Shown here: in pieces, positions 62,704-64,000 of the stretch
Layout of the letters: every line of letters begins with the position of its first letter
Numbering within the stretch: position 1 is the stretch's first letter
Assembly (NCBI GenBank): GCA_963693365.1
Contig: CAVNZM010000011.1
Location: 4,844,639-4,908,638, forward strand
Length of the DNA: 64,000 nucleotides
Source: Amoebidium appalachense
Taxonomy: Eukaryota; Protista; Ichthyosporea
Direction: 5' to 3'
The notes under the pieces: model-generated
What the model was told of the DNA's origin: nothing
The model's database searches: none
What the model saw: only the letters and a program-made list of their open reading frames with translations
Position numbers and translations under genes: made by a program

Positions 62704-63913
62704 GAGCCCTGATATCAATTTGTTCCTTGTAAACTGTATGTGTTTCGAAAGAGGTGCATGGCTAGTAGTTGTGGATTACACTTGACACAAGCCGTGCAAC
62801 TGATAGGTTTAGTTTTCTCTACACCTGAACATTTCTTGAAGAAAGCTAGGGTAAACTGACCAGATTCAACTTGAATGTCTCAGCTTGTTCAGTACGACGA
62901 TATTATCTTCACACCACAACCAGATAACTATAACGGATTACTTTAGACCTACAAGCAGCTGCAAAGCACATGGCATTGCCTCTCTGTGAGATTCAGGTAT
63001 TCCATATGGACACCTTGTGGTAGACACTGGTGTTACTGCTTAGTAATAATGCGAAAGTAGAAATAACGCAAGACGAGAGTCTGCCGTAAATAAAACCGTG
63101 CTCCACATATGTTGTTTGTGACAGGCTTCTGATCTTCCCCTTCAACATCCCTCTCCACCCCACTTTTTTTTTAGTAAGCCAAGTTGCTTTTTAGCTCCCC
63201 ATTTGAACCCCCCCTCCCCTTCCACCCTACTACTAAGTCACTAGTTGCTAACAGATGGTAAGCAGGACTTCCAAGTGAGGATAGTGCTTGATTTTCAGTA
63301 ACTGCGCATCATCCTTGTACTCTATGTCAACCATGTCGCTTGTGTCAAGCCGGGGCACAAGAATAAGTCGGCAAATGCCATTTTACTTGTCCTTGTGTAT
63401 GTTTGGCCTCGAAGCCTCGGAGTTTTAGTGACCGTAAAAAGAGCTAGGAGAAAGTGGGAGAATAGATAGTGTGGGCACTCGACGGGACCTCTTGTTTTGT
63501 TTTGCGGCGACATGTGATAGATCGATCATCCGACAGTCAAGAGCCTATCATGATCTACAGGGTTCTCTAATTGATTTGAAGGTATGGTCGACAAATCAAC
63601 TGCCTGAACTAAACTGCTGTCGCTTTGTTGTTTTAAGTACCAGTTCCTAGTAGAGGACTTAAAATTGTATTATAAAGGTTTTTTCCGCTATTAAAAATAA
63701 TCATCCCTTCACAAGATATACGAGTTTCTGGGAAAAGTTCTCACGATTTGCAGGTTTACCCCTACGGGTGTCTGCGTGTATACGTGTGTGCAGGTGTTTG
63801 TGTGTGCATGGCGTGTGTATGTTGTATGTGATTGTGGGTGTGTTTGTATACGTGTTTGTGTGTGTGTTTTATGCAGATGTGGTCACCCCGGGTTGTTGGG
63901 TTGGGTGGGGGGC

Positions 63914-63947
<34 letters not shown>

Positions 63948-64000
63948 TCCGAAGGGGGGATGTTGTGTCCCTTGTGTGTATACGTGTGTTGAAGTGGGTT

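Noticed and set aside
63300-64000. Possible further gene (AG/GT-bounded snippets near 63561 and 63754)
   Set aside because: No recognisable protein or consistent reading frame within the window.

Overview
Eukaryotic genomic DNA from an intron-rich organism (taxon not determinable from this window). Exons are mostly short (about 20-250 nt), and the introns are packed with G/C homopolymers and (CA)n/(GA)n microsatellites, so most of the supplied ORF track is low-complexity noise. Manual splicing gives these genes: the 5' part of TSC2/tuberin (- strand, 23 exons, runs off the left edge) with an intronic tRNA-Lys(CTT); a PIG3-like NADPH quinone oxidoreductase (+) head-to-head with TSC2; a Ser/Thr protein kinase (+); a disrupted F-box/LRR gene (-); BUD13 (-); and a coactosin-like ADF-H gene (+) head-to-head with BUD13. 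Non-coding parts hold several non-autonomous DNA transposons (pogo-like with TA, piggyBac-like with TTAA, two other TIR elements). The most unusual signal is about 25 copies of three related ~100-140 bp repeats. They sit next to C/G runs, share a CTGA(T/G/A)GATGGGCTCTG head that resembles half of a hammerhead ribozyme, are often truncated at that head, and are all sense to the host transcript. Exon coordinates were read by eye and may be off by a few nt.
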